From contig DJMH01000101.1 in assembly GCA_002435305.1 (NCBI GenBank), positions 2,135 to 41,364 on the forward strand: a stretch of 39,230 nt of DNA, written 5' to 3'. Made by a program: the position numbers and the translations under genes. The notes beneath the pieces are model-generated. The model worked only from the letters and a program-made list of their open reading frames with translations. It was not told the origin of the DNA and made no database searches. This DNA is from Dehalococcoidia bacterium UBA6495. GTDB lineage: Bacteria; Chloroflexota; Dehalococcoidia; Lucifugimonadales; UBA826. This document shows positions 8,501 to 16,562 of the stretch, piece by piece; the first letter of the stretch is position 1; every line of letters begins with the position of its first letter.

Positions 8501-10110
8501 AGAGGGGGATTGCTGACTTGTGCGAACAACTGCTTGAAATAATTGAACAATATTGGATTATGATCAGAAAGAAAGGCAAGAGGAACATCGTTGCCCATCG
8601 AACCAGTTGGTTCATACCCATTTAGCGCCATAGGCTCTAAAATCATTCTCAGATCTTCTAATGTGTATCCGAATGTGTTCTGTTGTTTTTTGATGTCGAT
8701 GATTTTTTCATCGGTTGCCTTTACCAGCTCGGGTAAATCTTCTAGAAATATCCTATTATTAGAAAGCCATTCCCCATATGGTTTGGAATCGGCTAAACTC
8801 GCTTTCAAATCGCGGTCGTTGACTAGCTCTCCTTTTTTTGTGTCTAATAAAAACATCCGACCAGGGTAGATTCTCTCCTTATAAAGAACTTTCTCAGGAG
8901 GGACGTCAATTACGCCAGTTTCAGAGGCCATTACTAACACATCATCAGTGGTTACTAAGTAGCGGCAAGGCCTAAGGCCATTGCGGTCTAATACTGCGCA
9001 GACTTTTATCCCATCCGTTCCTATCACAAGAGCGGGCCCGTCCCAGGCTTCCATCATGCTTGAGTGATATTCATAGAAATCTTTTTTCGATTGTTCCATC
9101 GGTATGTGATCACCCCAAGCCTCGGGTATCAACATCATCATTGAATGTTCTATGCTTCTGCCGGTGGCAAGAAGGAGTTCCAGTGCGTTATCAAGAGCTG
9201 CAGTGTCACTTTGACCCGGTTTAATAACGGGAATCAAGTTACCTATATTTAGATCTGGATCTGTTGATTCGAAAACCTGTTCTCTGGCTGACATCCAATT
9301 GGTGTTGCCTCGGACGGTGTTTATTTCACCATTGTGGATTATGAATCTGTATGGATGTGCTAGTTTCCAACTGCCTAAAGTGTTGGTACTAAATCTCGAA
9401 TGTACGAGAGCAAATGAACTGATGAGACTAGATTCAGTAAGATCTTTGTAAAAATCTTCTAGCTGTTCAGCCATTAGCAGGCCCTTATAAACTATGGTAC
9501 TCGAGGACAATGAGCATATATAGAAATCGTCAGCACTTTCTAAAGCGGCTGCTTCGATCGAAGACTCAATAGTTCTTCTCAGGAGGTACAAATCCCTGTC
9601 AATGTTTTCAGGAGCCCTTTCTTTGGGAGTAACAAAAAATTGAGTTATGGAAGGACACTCTCGGTTTGCAAGCACACCTATTTTTTCTGGATCTATTGGA
9701 ACTTGTCTCCATGCAAGAAGGTCATAACCTTGTTTCGAAACACATTCCTCAACCAGAGATCTACTTGACGCTGTTTGATGTTTGTCAGATGGTAAAAAGG
9801 CCATTCCCACACCGTATTGGCCCGGGTCGGGTAGATTGCATCCCATCGATGATAGTTCTGATTTAAAGAAATCATGAGGCATTTGTATAAGAATTCCTGC
9901 ACCATCCCCTGTCTCCGGATCAGCACCTGAAGCCCCTCTATGTGCCAAATTAGATAAAGCCTCTAATCCCTGTGAAACTATGGAATGAGACTTCTTTCCT
10001 TTTATGTTGGCAACCATTCCAACGCCGCAGGCATCATGCTCAAATATGGGGTCGTAAAGCCCTTGTTTAACGGATTTTTTTAAATTCGTATTTTCATATT
10101 GTGATTTCAT
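5554..10110 (-). CDS. gltB: Glutamate synthase large (alpha) subunit
   Basis: HDACGVG Ntn-amidotransferase start, HSRFSTNT, HNGEINT, IKQVASGRFG, QGSKPGEGG, 3Fe-4S motif CIMLRKCHLNTC, GXGXG C-terminal domain. Confidence 0.98.
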   Translation of the reverse strand: MKSQYENTNLKKSVKQGLYDPIFEHDACGVGMVANIKGKKSHSIVSQGLEALSNLAHRGASGADPETGDGAGILIQMPHDFFKSELSSMGCNLPDPGQYGVGMAFLPSDKHQTASSRSLVEECVSKQGYDLLAWRQVPIDPEKIGVLANRECPSITQFFVTPKERAPENIDRDLYLLRRTIESSIEAAALESADDFYICSLSSSTIVYKGLLMAEQLEDFYKDLTESSLISSFALVHSRFSTNTLGSWKLAHPYRFIIHNGEINTVRGNTNWMSAREQVFESTDPDLNIGNLIPVIKPGQSDTAALDNALELLLATGRSIEHSMMMLIPEAWGDHIPMEQSKKDFYEYHSSMMEAWDGPALVIGTDGIKVCAVLDRNGLRPCRYLVTTDDVLVMASETGVIDVPPEKVLYKERIYPGRMFLLDTKKGELVNDRDLKASLADSKPYGEWLSNNRIFLEDLPELVKATDEKIIDIKKQQNTFGYTLEDLRMILEPMALNGYEPTGSMGNDVPLAFLSDHNPILFNYFKQLFAQVSNPPLDAIREELVTSLRGTIGEEKNLFSETPEHCRQITLRHPIITDLDLARIKSSSQKNLTAKTISTLFDPSGTSGFKDSLSRINKEASEAIKEGHSILILSDRGVDETHAPLPSLLATSAVHHHLIRKGERSKAGIVVETGEAREVAHFAALIGYGAAAINPYLAFATIRNQISLKEFETNIAADKAIHNYLSASHKGILKIMSKMGISTIQSYRGAQIFEAVGLNQSIIDEYFTWTPSRIGGIGIEEIGKEYISRHSFGFGTKRNSANLEVSQGGQYQWRRDGEYHMWNPNTIASLQHAVRENSWDSYEQFADFVDQETRLLSTIRGLLDFKKPNNPISINEVEPAEKIVRRFATGAISLGSISREAHETMAIAMNRIQARSNTGEGGEDHSRYTSDPNGDSRNSAIKQVASGRFGVTINYLTSAKDIQIKMAQGSKPGEGGQLPGHKVDEYIGGVRNSTPGVELISPPPHHDIYSIEDLAQLIHDLKNANPEARIHVKLVAEAGVGTIAAGVSKGHGDVVLISGDTGGTGASPESSIKHAGLPWELGVAETQQVLVMNDLRGRIVVQADGQIKTGRDVAIACLLGAEEFGLATGPLIALGCIMLRKCHLNTCSVGIATQDPELREKFAGKPEHVINYFFFIAEQLRKIMADLGIKKMDDMVGRTDLLDKRNLIEHWKTEGVDFSQLLHMPDVPEGVARHKIIDQDHSLEKALDNELIKDATVSIDTGKPITITKDIDNSYRTVGTTLSHMIAKKYGEDGLPEDTISLDFSGSGGQSFAAFLSKGVSIDLKGDSNDYFCKGLSGGKVMIRPHEKSTFTPEENIIIGNVALYGATGGQVFIRGIAGERFAVRNSGAEAVVEGVGDHGCEYMTRGTVVVLGPTGRNFAAGMSGGEAYVFDEEGNFESLCNKGLVSLEEVSEEKDLKHLRRLIELHKNHTGSKNAERILSDWNSMISKFVKVMPEDYKRVLVEREAQQEKKTVSANG

Positions 10111-10141
10111 CTATTTGCCAATGCATTGTCTTGCATATTCA

Positions 10142-11479
10142 TTAAAGAATGGGTAGGTACCGTTCTACTTCATATGCTGAAATTTGTGAAGAATACCTGT
10201 TCCACTCTATTTTTTTGTTCTCAATAAAACTATTAAATACACTGTCGCCCAAGGTTTTTTTGACCAGGTCACTCTCCTCGGTAACCTGTATAGCTTCCCA
10301 TAAATTTCCAGGTAGAGACTCTATCCCAAGAGAAGTTCTTTCTTCTTCCGACATCTCATGAACGCTGTTAGTTAACGAGGCGGGCATCTCATATTTATTG
10401 TCGATGCCTTCCAACCCAGCTGCAAGCATTACACTGAAGGCCAGATACGGGTTACAGGATGGGTCGGGTGCTCGATACTCAATTCTTCTAGAGGATTTTC
10501 GATCGGGTTTAAAGGAGGGAATTCTTATTAAATCCGATCTGTTGACCTCCGCCCATGTTATGTAAGTTGGTGCCTCATATGCTGGAACCAACCTTTTGTA
10601 AGAATTGACCCACTGGTTCGTTACCAGAGTTATTTCTCTGGCGTGCTTCATAAGTCCGGCGCAGAAATGTTTTGCTATGTTTGATAGGTGAGTCTCATCT
10701 TCCTCTCCATAGAACACATTTTCATCCCCTTTAAAGAGGGACATATGGGTATGCATTCCGTTGCCATTAATTTCAGCTACCGGCTTAGGCATAAAAGAAG
10801 CGTGATACCCTTTGCTCATTGCTATCTCTTTTACGACCAACCTATATGTCATGACAGAATCAGCCATTGTTAGAGCATCAGTATGTCGCAAGTCTATCTC
10901 ATGTTGGCTTGGTGCTGATTCGTGGTGGCTCGATTCTACTGGTATACCTAGTTCTTCTAACGTTAGAACCGTATCTCGTCTTAAATCTGTGCCTACGTCA
11001 GCAGAATTTTGATCAAAGTAACCACTGTCATCTAACCCTACCGTTGAGGTTGAATCCTTGAAGTAAAAATACTCAAGTTCAGGAGAAACATAGTAGGTAT
11101 AACCTTTCTCCGATGCTCGGCCAAGTGTTTTTTTGAGAACGGCCCGAGGGTCTCCTTCAAATTCCCTATCATCCGGGGTGATGATGTCGCAAAACATCTT
11201 GGCGACGGCATTTGTTTTGGGTCTCCAAGGTAAAAGACTAAAAGTGGTCGGGTCGGGTAGGGCATATAGGTCTCTTTCATCTGCCCGGGCATATCCTTCA
11301 ATTGCAGATCCATCAAACCCCATGCCTCTCGTAAGGGCATTCTCTAACTCTTCCACCGTGATAGCAAACCCTTTAATATTTCCCAATATGTCGGGAAACC
11401 AGAGCCGTATGAACTTTACGTCGTTTTCTCTGGCTTCTCGGAGAACGTATTCAACTGCCTCACTGTTTCTTTCCAACAT
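10142..11479 (-). CDS. glnA: Glutamine synthetase family protein, GSI-alpha/GlnA2-like
   Basis: FIRLWF, GFDGSAIEG, PELEYF, HHE-x4-QHEI, FMPKP, NGMHTHMSL, NSYKRLVP, IEYRAPDPSCNPY. Confidence 0.88.
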   Translation of the reverse strand: MLERNSEAVEYVLREARENDVKFIRLWFPDILGNIKGFAITVEELENALTRGMGFDGSAIEGYARADERDLYALPDPTTFSLLPWRPKTNAVAKMFCDIITPDDREFEGDPRAVLKKTLGRASEKGYTYYVSPELEYFYFKDSTSTVGLDDSGYFDQNSADVGTDLRRDTVLTLEELGIPVESSHHESAPSQHEIDLRHTDALTMADSVMTYRLVVKEIAMSKGYHASFMPKPVAEINGNGMHTHMSLFKGDENVFYGEEDETHLSNIAKHFCAGLMKHAREITLVTNQWVNSYKRLVPAYEAPTYITWAEVNRSDLIRIPSFKPDRKSSRRIEYRAPDPSCNPYLAFSVMLAAGLEGIDNKYEMPASLTNSVHEMSEEERTSLGIESLPGNLWEAIQVTEESDLVKKTLGDSVFNSFIENKKIEWNRYSSQISAYEVERYLPIL

Positions 11480-11550
11480 TGGGAAATCCTTTTAGGAGGG
11501 GTTTGATGTCTTCTATTTATTCTTGTAATTAAGGAAAATATAGGCATTAA

Positions 11551-11579
11551 AGAGTAATCATTTGTGAAAAAAGTGTCAA
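11551..11579 (-). promoter_or_regulatory. Sigma70-type promoter for the second glnA-gltB-gltD unit
   Basis: Minus strand TTGACA (11579-11574), 17-nt spacer, TACTCT (11556-11551). Confidence 0.7.
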
Positions 11580-11612
11580 ACAAATTTCACTCGTGGACAC
11601 CGGCAAAAATAC

Positions 11613-11646
11613 AAATGCGCCGCTCCAGGAAAAGAGTGACGCATTT
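11613..11646 (-). terminator. Probable intrinsic terminator after type I glnA
   Basis: Imperfect hairpin AAATGCGTCACTC / GAGCGGCGCATTT on the minus strand followed by a T-rich tract, 17 nt past the stop. Confidence 0.65.
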
Positions 11647-11663
11647 TAGAATAACTGGGTCAA

Positions 11664-13097
11664 TTACGCATCAAATGAAAGGTGGAATTCATATGGATGC
11701 GGTCGCAACCTCACTGGGTCAACATCATTTTCAGTCTTAAAACTTATCCAATTTTCAATGACATCTTCTGTGAATACCCCGCCCTTGAGTAAAAATTCAT
11801 GGTCATCCTGTAAAGCTTTAAGAGCCTCATCAAGACTTCCCGGCACTTGAGGGAAAGCTGCTGTTTCTTCAGCAGACAGCTCAAAAAGGTCTTGTTCAAG
11901 CGGCTCCCCTGGGCTGTAGCCGTTCTCTATCCCGTCGAGTCCTGCCATCAACATAGCAGCAAACGTAAGGTAAGGATTACAAGTTGGGTCTGCCGATCTG
12001 AATTCTACTCTTTTTGCACCAGGGTCATTGAAATACATTGGGATCCTGCATGCAGCTGACCGGTTTCTAGCTGACAACGCCAAAATTGTTGGGGCTTCGA
12101 ACCCTGGTGTTAACCTTCTGTAGGAATTCGTTGTTGGGGCTGCCAATGCCATTAAGGCCTTTCCATGTTTTATTAGACCACCGATATAGTTGAGGGCCAT
12201 TTGAGATAGTCCGGCGTATTCGTTTCCTGCGAATAAAGGTTCTCCATTTTTCCATATTGATTGGTGGACATGCATACCTGTCCCGTTATCATTAAATAGC
12301 GGCTTGGGCATGAAAGTCACTACCTTTCCATGTTGTTTGGCGACATTACGGACTGCATATTTATATGTCATCACATTGTCGGCAATTTCTAACAGAGGGC
12401 CAAACCGCATGTCTATTTCGGCCTGACCTCCAGTACCTACTTCATGGTGTTGGGCCTCTATCCTCATACCAAAATTGTTTACAAGGCTTCTTACCATTTC
12501 ACTTCTTAGATCTTGCGCAGTATCTACCGGAGATACTGGAAAATAGCCACCTTTGTATCTCGGCCTGTTGCCTTTATTGAGTGTTTCTCCATCCAGCATG
12601 TACTCGCTTCCAGAGTTCCATATTCCTTCATCAGAATTGACCTCGTGAAATCCATGGTTTGACTCATATCCGAATCTTACTGAGTCAAATATGAAAAACT
12701 CTACTTCTGGTCCCCAGAAGGAATCATCGCCAATCCCAGTACTTTTTAGGTACGCTTCGGCTTTCTTCGCCACATTTCTCGGATCTCTGGTGTAGTTTTC
12801 ACCTGAAACCGGGTCTTTGATATCTGCAATGCAGGTCACTGTGCCCTTAAAGAACGGGTCTACCTTCGCTGTGGGGGCGTCAGGGACTATCAACATATCG
12901 GATTTGTCAATTGATTGGAATCCCCTGATACTTGATCCGTCAAACCCTACGCCATTGTTCACTAATGAATCATCTACCTCACTTATGGGAACAGAGAAAT
13001 GTTGCCACGACCCAGGTAAATCAGTGAACTTTAGGTCCAGTATGTCGCACCCGTTGTCTTTCATTAACTTAAGTAATTCTGCTGATTCGTTTGCCAT
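11664..13097 (-). CDS. glnA: Type I glutamine synthetase (GSI-beta)
   Basis: DLKFTDLPG-x-WQH, GFDGSSIRGF, beta-type insertion (NSDEGIWNSG), KGGYFPV, HHEVG, FMPKP-x3-DNGTGMHVHQS, NRSAACRIP, RPHPYEF. Confidence 0.96.
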   Translation of the reverse strand: MANESAELLKLMKDNGCDILDLKFTDLPGSWQHFSVPISEVDDSLVNNGVGFDGSSIRGFQSIDKSDMLIVPDAPTAKVDPFFKGTVTCIADIKDPVSGENYTRDPRNVAKKAEAYLKSTGIGDDSFWGPEVEFFIFDSVRFGYESNHGFHEVNSDEGIWNSGSEYMLDGETLNKGNRPRYKGGYFPVSPVDTAQDLRSEMVRSLVNNFGMRIEAQHHEVGTGGQAEIDMRFGPLLEIADNVMTYKYAVRNVAKQHGKVVTFMPKPLFNDNGTGMHVHQSIWKNGEPLFAGNEYAGLSQMALNYIGGLIKHGKALMALAAPTTNSYRRLTPGFEAPTILALSARNRSAACRIPMYFNDPGAKRVEFRSADPTCNPYLTFAAMLMAGLDGIENGYSPGEPLEQDLFELSAEETAAFPQVPGSLDEALKALQDDHEFLLKGGVFTEDVIENWISFKTENDVDPVRLRPHPYEFHLSFDA

Positions 13098-13331
13098 ATT
13101 AGCAATCCTCCATTTTTCTCTATTCGCTCATTTTATATAACAATGAGCACAGCCTAGTACCTTATGATTATCTTATTGCGCTGTTACGTTGTTATTGCGT
13201 CAATGTTAACAAAATGTAACAACCAACTAGTGTTGTTAGGTCAGACACCTCAGTATTAAGGCCAAGTTGTATCATTTCAGCCGGTTTAAGGTAAACTAAC
13301 GGGAGTGGACTTACAAGGATTGGAGACAGTT

Positions 13332-13961
13332 ATGAATAAGATGGAATTTGATATATTTTTCGATTTTGCTTGACCCTATGTTTACAATGCAGCCGTGTGG
13401 CTGGATGAAGTAAAAGGACACTACGGGGAGGATCTAAAGTTGAATTGGAGGAATTTTTCCTTACAACAGATCAACGCGAAAGATCCTGGAGATTGGAGGG
13501 TTTGGCAAGAAGAAGACTACACTTCTACCAGGTCTTTGATGGCATCGATAGCAGGGGAGGCGGCCAAGAGGCAAGGGGTGGAGCTTTTTGATAAATTTTT
13601 CTTGGCTTTGCTTACTGAAAGACATGGTGGGTCAAGAGCCCCATTGAACGACGATTCTTTTTTCATTCGGTTGGCAGAAGAATGCGGTTTGGACGCGGAG
13701 CAATTTAAATCTGATATGAAAGACCCAAAACTTGTAGATATAATTGCAAACGATCATACCGAGGCGGTCGAGGTACACGGAGCTTTCGGGACTCCTACCT
13801 TCATATTTGGTAACGGCCAATCCGCCTACCTAAAAACCTTTATTCCTCCAGCAGAGGAGTCTGTGGATGCCTTTAAACATTTTCTAGGATTGTTTGAAAG
13901 TAGGCCATACATAGGAGAAGTGAAGCGACCACAGCCCCCTTGGCCCAAAGGGGCGGTGTAG
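13332..13961 (+). CDS. Probable selenoprotein: DsbA-family / Rv2466c (mycoredoxin-2)-like thiol oxidoreductase, Sec at codon 14 (209 aa)
   Basis: GGAG RBS at 13322-13325 and ATG at 13332. Reads MNKMEFDIFFDFA-TGA(13371-13373)-PYVYNAAVWLDEV, in frame with the 188-aa ORF at 13395. The TGA occupies the Cys of the D-x-x-C-P-[YW] active-site motif; cis-Pro loop FGTPTF present. Confidence 0.85.
13381..13414 (+). promoter_or_regulatory. Candidate bacterial SECIS hairpin
   Basis: Upper stem CAGCC (13390-13394) / GGCTG (13399-13403) closes a GTGT loop that starts with G, with 21 nt between the UGA and the loop. Lower stem TTTAC (13381-13385) / GTAAA (13410-13414). Confidence 0.7.
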
Positions 13962-13983
13962 CCATATTTGGACAAATTTCTAA

Positions 13984-14658
13984 ATGTTGGTGAAGGTCGA
14001 ACATAGTTTTATAGATAAACATCTATTCCATCTGAGCCTTACGCATTCCTCCTGGGTTAACGAGTCTAATAATCACGACTGTCAATCTAATGAGCGGCTT
14101 GAATTTTTGGGTGATGCAGTCATTGATGCTGTGATAGCTCAGTCCTTGTATGAAAAATACCCGGATTTCACTGAAGGAGATTTGACCAAACTGCGATCAA
14201 ATATAGTGAATGGTGTGTCGTTGGCAAAGGTCGCAAGAGAGTTGGGTCTGGGAAATCATCTGCTATTGGGCAAGGGTGAAGAAGCCTCAGGAGGCAGGAA
14301 TAAGGAATCCAATTTGGCCAACGCCTTCGAGGCTCTGGTTGGAGCACTGTTTCTGGATAGAGGATATTCGGCTGCCAGTCAATTTATTTTGCAAAATCTG
14401 AATATTGAATCACCTGATATTAGAGGGGTGAAAAGCCATAATGATTCTAAAACAGATCTACAAACCTTAGTTCAGTCAAAAACATCATTCACACCGTATT
14501 ACAAGTTGATTTCTAAAGATGGACCTGATCATGATCCCACATTTGTTGTTGAAGTGAGGGTTGAGGATAAAGTTATGGGTACGGGGGTGGGCACTAGTAT
14601 AAATAAGGCTGAAATGGAAGCCGCTGCAAACGCCCTAACGAGATTTCAAAATTGCTGA
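13984..14658 (+). CDS. rnc: Ribonuclease III
   Basis: Signature NERLEFLGDAV, LANAFEALVGA, C-terminal dsRNA-binding domain (KTDLQ...GPDHDPTF...KAEMEAA). Confidence 0.95.
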   Translation: MLVKVEHSFIDKHLFHLSLTHSSWVNESNNHDCQSNERLEFLGDAVIDAVIAQSLYEKYPDFTEGDLTKLRSNIVNGVSLAKVARELGLGNHLLLGKGEEASGGRNKESNLANAFEALVGALFLDRGYSAASQFILQNLNIESPDIRGVKSHNDSKTDLQTLVQSKTSFTPYYKLISKDGPDHDPTFVVEVRVEDKVMGTGVGTSINKAEMEAAANALTRFQNC

Positions 14659-14747
14659 AGTTTTATTAGCTTGGTGGCTTTTTTAGGGTCTGTGATAACC
14701 TTGGCTCCGTCAACAAAGTTCAATCCGATTTTCAGGAGACGTTTCAC

Positions 14748-16391
14748 ATGGCGAAAGTAAGCGGTAATTATCTTATTGCTAGGACCTTGAAGGAAGAAGG
14801 GGTTGATACGCTCTTTTACCTAATGGGGGGACCAAATTTCGATACGATTATGGAGTGTCAGGATGTAGGCATTAGAACCATAGACTTTCGGCATGAACAG
14901 GCCGCTGCTATGGCTGCCCACGCATACTCTCGTGTCACAGGAAAACCTAGTGTGGTAATGGCTGCTTCTGGACCTGGTACTTTAAATTTATTGACAGGGG
15001 TATATACCGCATCTATTGACTGTGCCCCCATGGTTATTTTGGGTGGGGCCAGTGCAGTGCATGAAATAGGAAGAGATACTTTCCAGGAAGTAGATCAGGT
15101 AGGCATAATGCAACCGTTGTGCAAATATTGGCACAGACCCACTATGGCTTCTAGATTTCCGGAAGTCGTGAGTACTGCATACCGACAGGCTCAGAGTGGT
15201 AGGCCGGGGCCCGTATATATCGATTGCGGCGGAGATGTACTTTACGAGGAGGTGGAAGAGGAATCGGTACCAACACCTTCAAGGGCACTCAAGCGGACTA
15301 GACCAGTGGCTGCTTTCGGAGATATTGAAAGGGCTATGGCACTTATTGCCAACGCGGAAAGGCCGTTGCTATTTGCTGGTGGGGGTGCTTTTTTTTCTGG
15401 CGCGGCTCCAGAATTAGAAAAGTTTGTGGACGTAACTAGTATTCCCTTTTACACAGCTCCGATGTCGAGAGGTTTAGTTCCGGAAGACCATGCTGTTTCG
15501 TTTCAAGGAGCACGCTCCACTGCGATGAGAGAATCAGATGTTGTGTTAGTGGTTGGGACCCGAATGAATTGGATGATGAATTATGGGCAACGTTTTGCAC
15601 CGAATGCAAAGATCATACAGATAGATATTAATGAAGCTGAGCTTGGCCATAATCGGGATATAGAAATGGGTATTTTTGGAGATGCCAAGGCAGTCATGGC
15701 CCAATTATTGGAATTAGCCCAACAAAGGAGTCCGGATTTTTCTGGTGCACTGGAATCCCCTTGGATTGTAGGGTTACGCGAAGCCAATGAAAAAAGAATG
15801 GCCCAAACGGCCCCATTGCTCAATTCCGATCAGACACCTATACACCCTTTGCGCTTATGTAAAGAAATAGACGAATTTTTAGACAGAGATGCCATCGTCT
15901 CGGTGGACGGAAACGAGATTTTGCATTTCGGAAGGCAATCTATATCGACATATTTGCCTGGTCATCGGTTAAATTCCGGTGTGACTGGGACAATGGGGGT
16001 GGGATTACCATATGGGATTGGTGCGAAAGTAGCCAAACCAGACAAGCAAGTTCTTGTATTGCACGGCGACGGGTCTATGGGTATGAACGCCATGGAAATT
16101 GATACGGCAGTACGGCACAACCTGCCAGTAGTGACTGTGATAAGTAACAATGAAGGTTGGACTGCCCGTACCCCTGGTAAGAGAAAACCCGGTCGCGAAT
16201 TAGGATTCACTGAGTTTGATCGTATGGCAGAAGCTCTGCACGGCTATGGGGAGAAGGTGGAGGACCCTGCTGGGATCAAACCTGCCTTAGATCGGGCTTT
16301 TTCTAGTGGAAAGCCAGCTGTAGTTAATGTGAGAGTTGAACCCACCGCCGCTGGTGTATCTAGATCATGGGGTGGTTCCAGAATGGAGTAA
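14748..16391 (+). CDS. Thiamine-pyrophosphate enzyme, 2-hydroxyacyl-CoA lyase / oxalyl-CoA decarboxylase-like branch
   Basis: RHEQAAAMAA, SGPG, FQEVDQ, GRPGPVYID, GTMGVG, TPP motif GDGSMG...NN. Substrate not determinable from sequence. Confidence 0.8.
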   Translation: MAKVSGNYLIARTLKEEGVDTLFYLMGGPNFDTIMECQDVGIRTIDFRHEQAAAMAAHAYSRVTGKPSVVMAASGPGTLNLLTGVYTASIDCAPMVILGGASAVHEIGRDTFQEVDQVGIMQPLCKYWHRPTMASRFPEVVSTAYRQAQSGRPGPVYIDCGGDVLYEEVEEESVPTPSRALKRTRPVAAFGDIERAMALIANAERPLLFAGGGAFFSGAAPELEKFVDVTSIPFYTAPMSRGLVPEDHAVSFQGARSTAMRESDVVLVVGTRMNWMMNYGQRFAPNAKIIQIDINEAELGHNRDIEMGIFGDAKAVMAQLLELAQQRSPDFSGALESPWIVGLREANEKRMAQTAPLLNSDQTPIHPLRLCKEIDEFLDRDAIVSVDGNEILHFGRQSISTYLPGHRLNSGVTGTMGVGLPYGIGAKVAKPDKQVLVLHGDGSMGMNAMEIDTAVRHNLPVVTVISNNEGWTARTPGKRKPGRELGFTEFDRMAEALHGYGEKVEDPAGIKPALDRAFSSGKPAVVNVRVEPTAAGVSRSWGGSRME

Positions 16392-16562
16392 CTTGAAAGT
16401 GTTCCTTGTAGTTTTTTAAATCACCGATAAATGCAAGGTACTTTCCCCTCCGAATTTATGAACTGTAAAGCGCAATTCAAACATTTTCTCTATTCGGAGA
16501 ATCCTTTAAAGTAGTCTGGTAATATCCAATGAACCTGACAAAAAAATAAAAGAGGTGTTTTC

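Noticed and set aside
13395-13961. 188-aa ORF starting at GTG 13395 as the real gene
   Set aside because: It lacks the first strand and active site of the thioredoxin fold and has no RBS; the RBS-preceded ATG at 13332 with UGA read-through explains the locus better.
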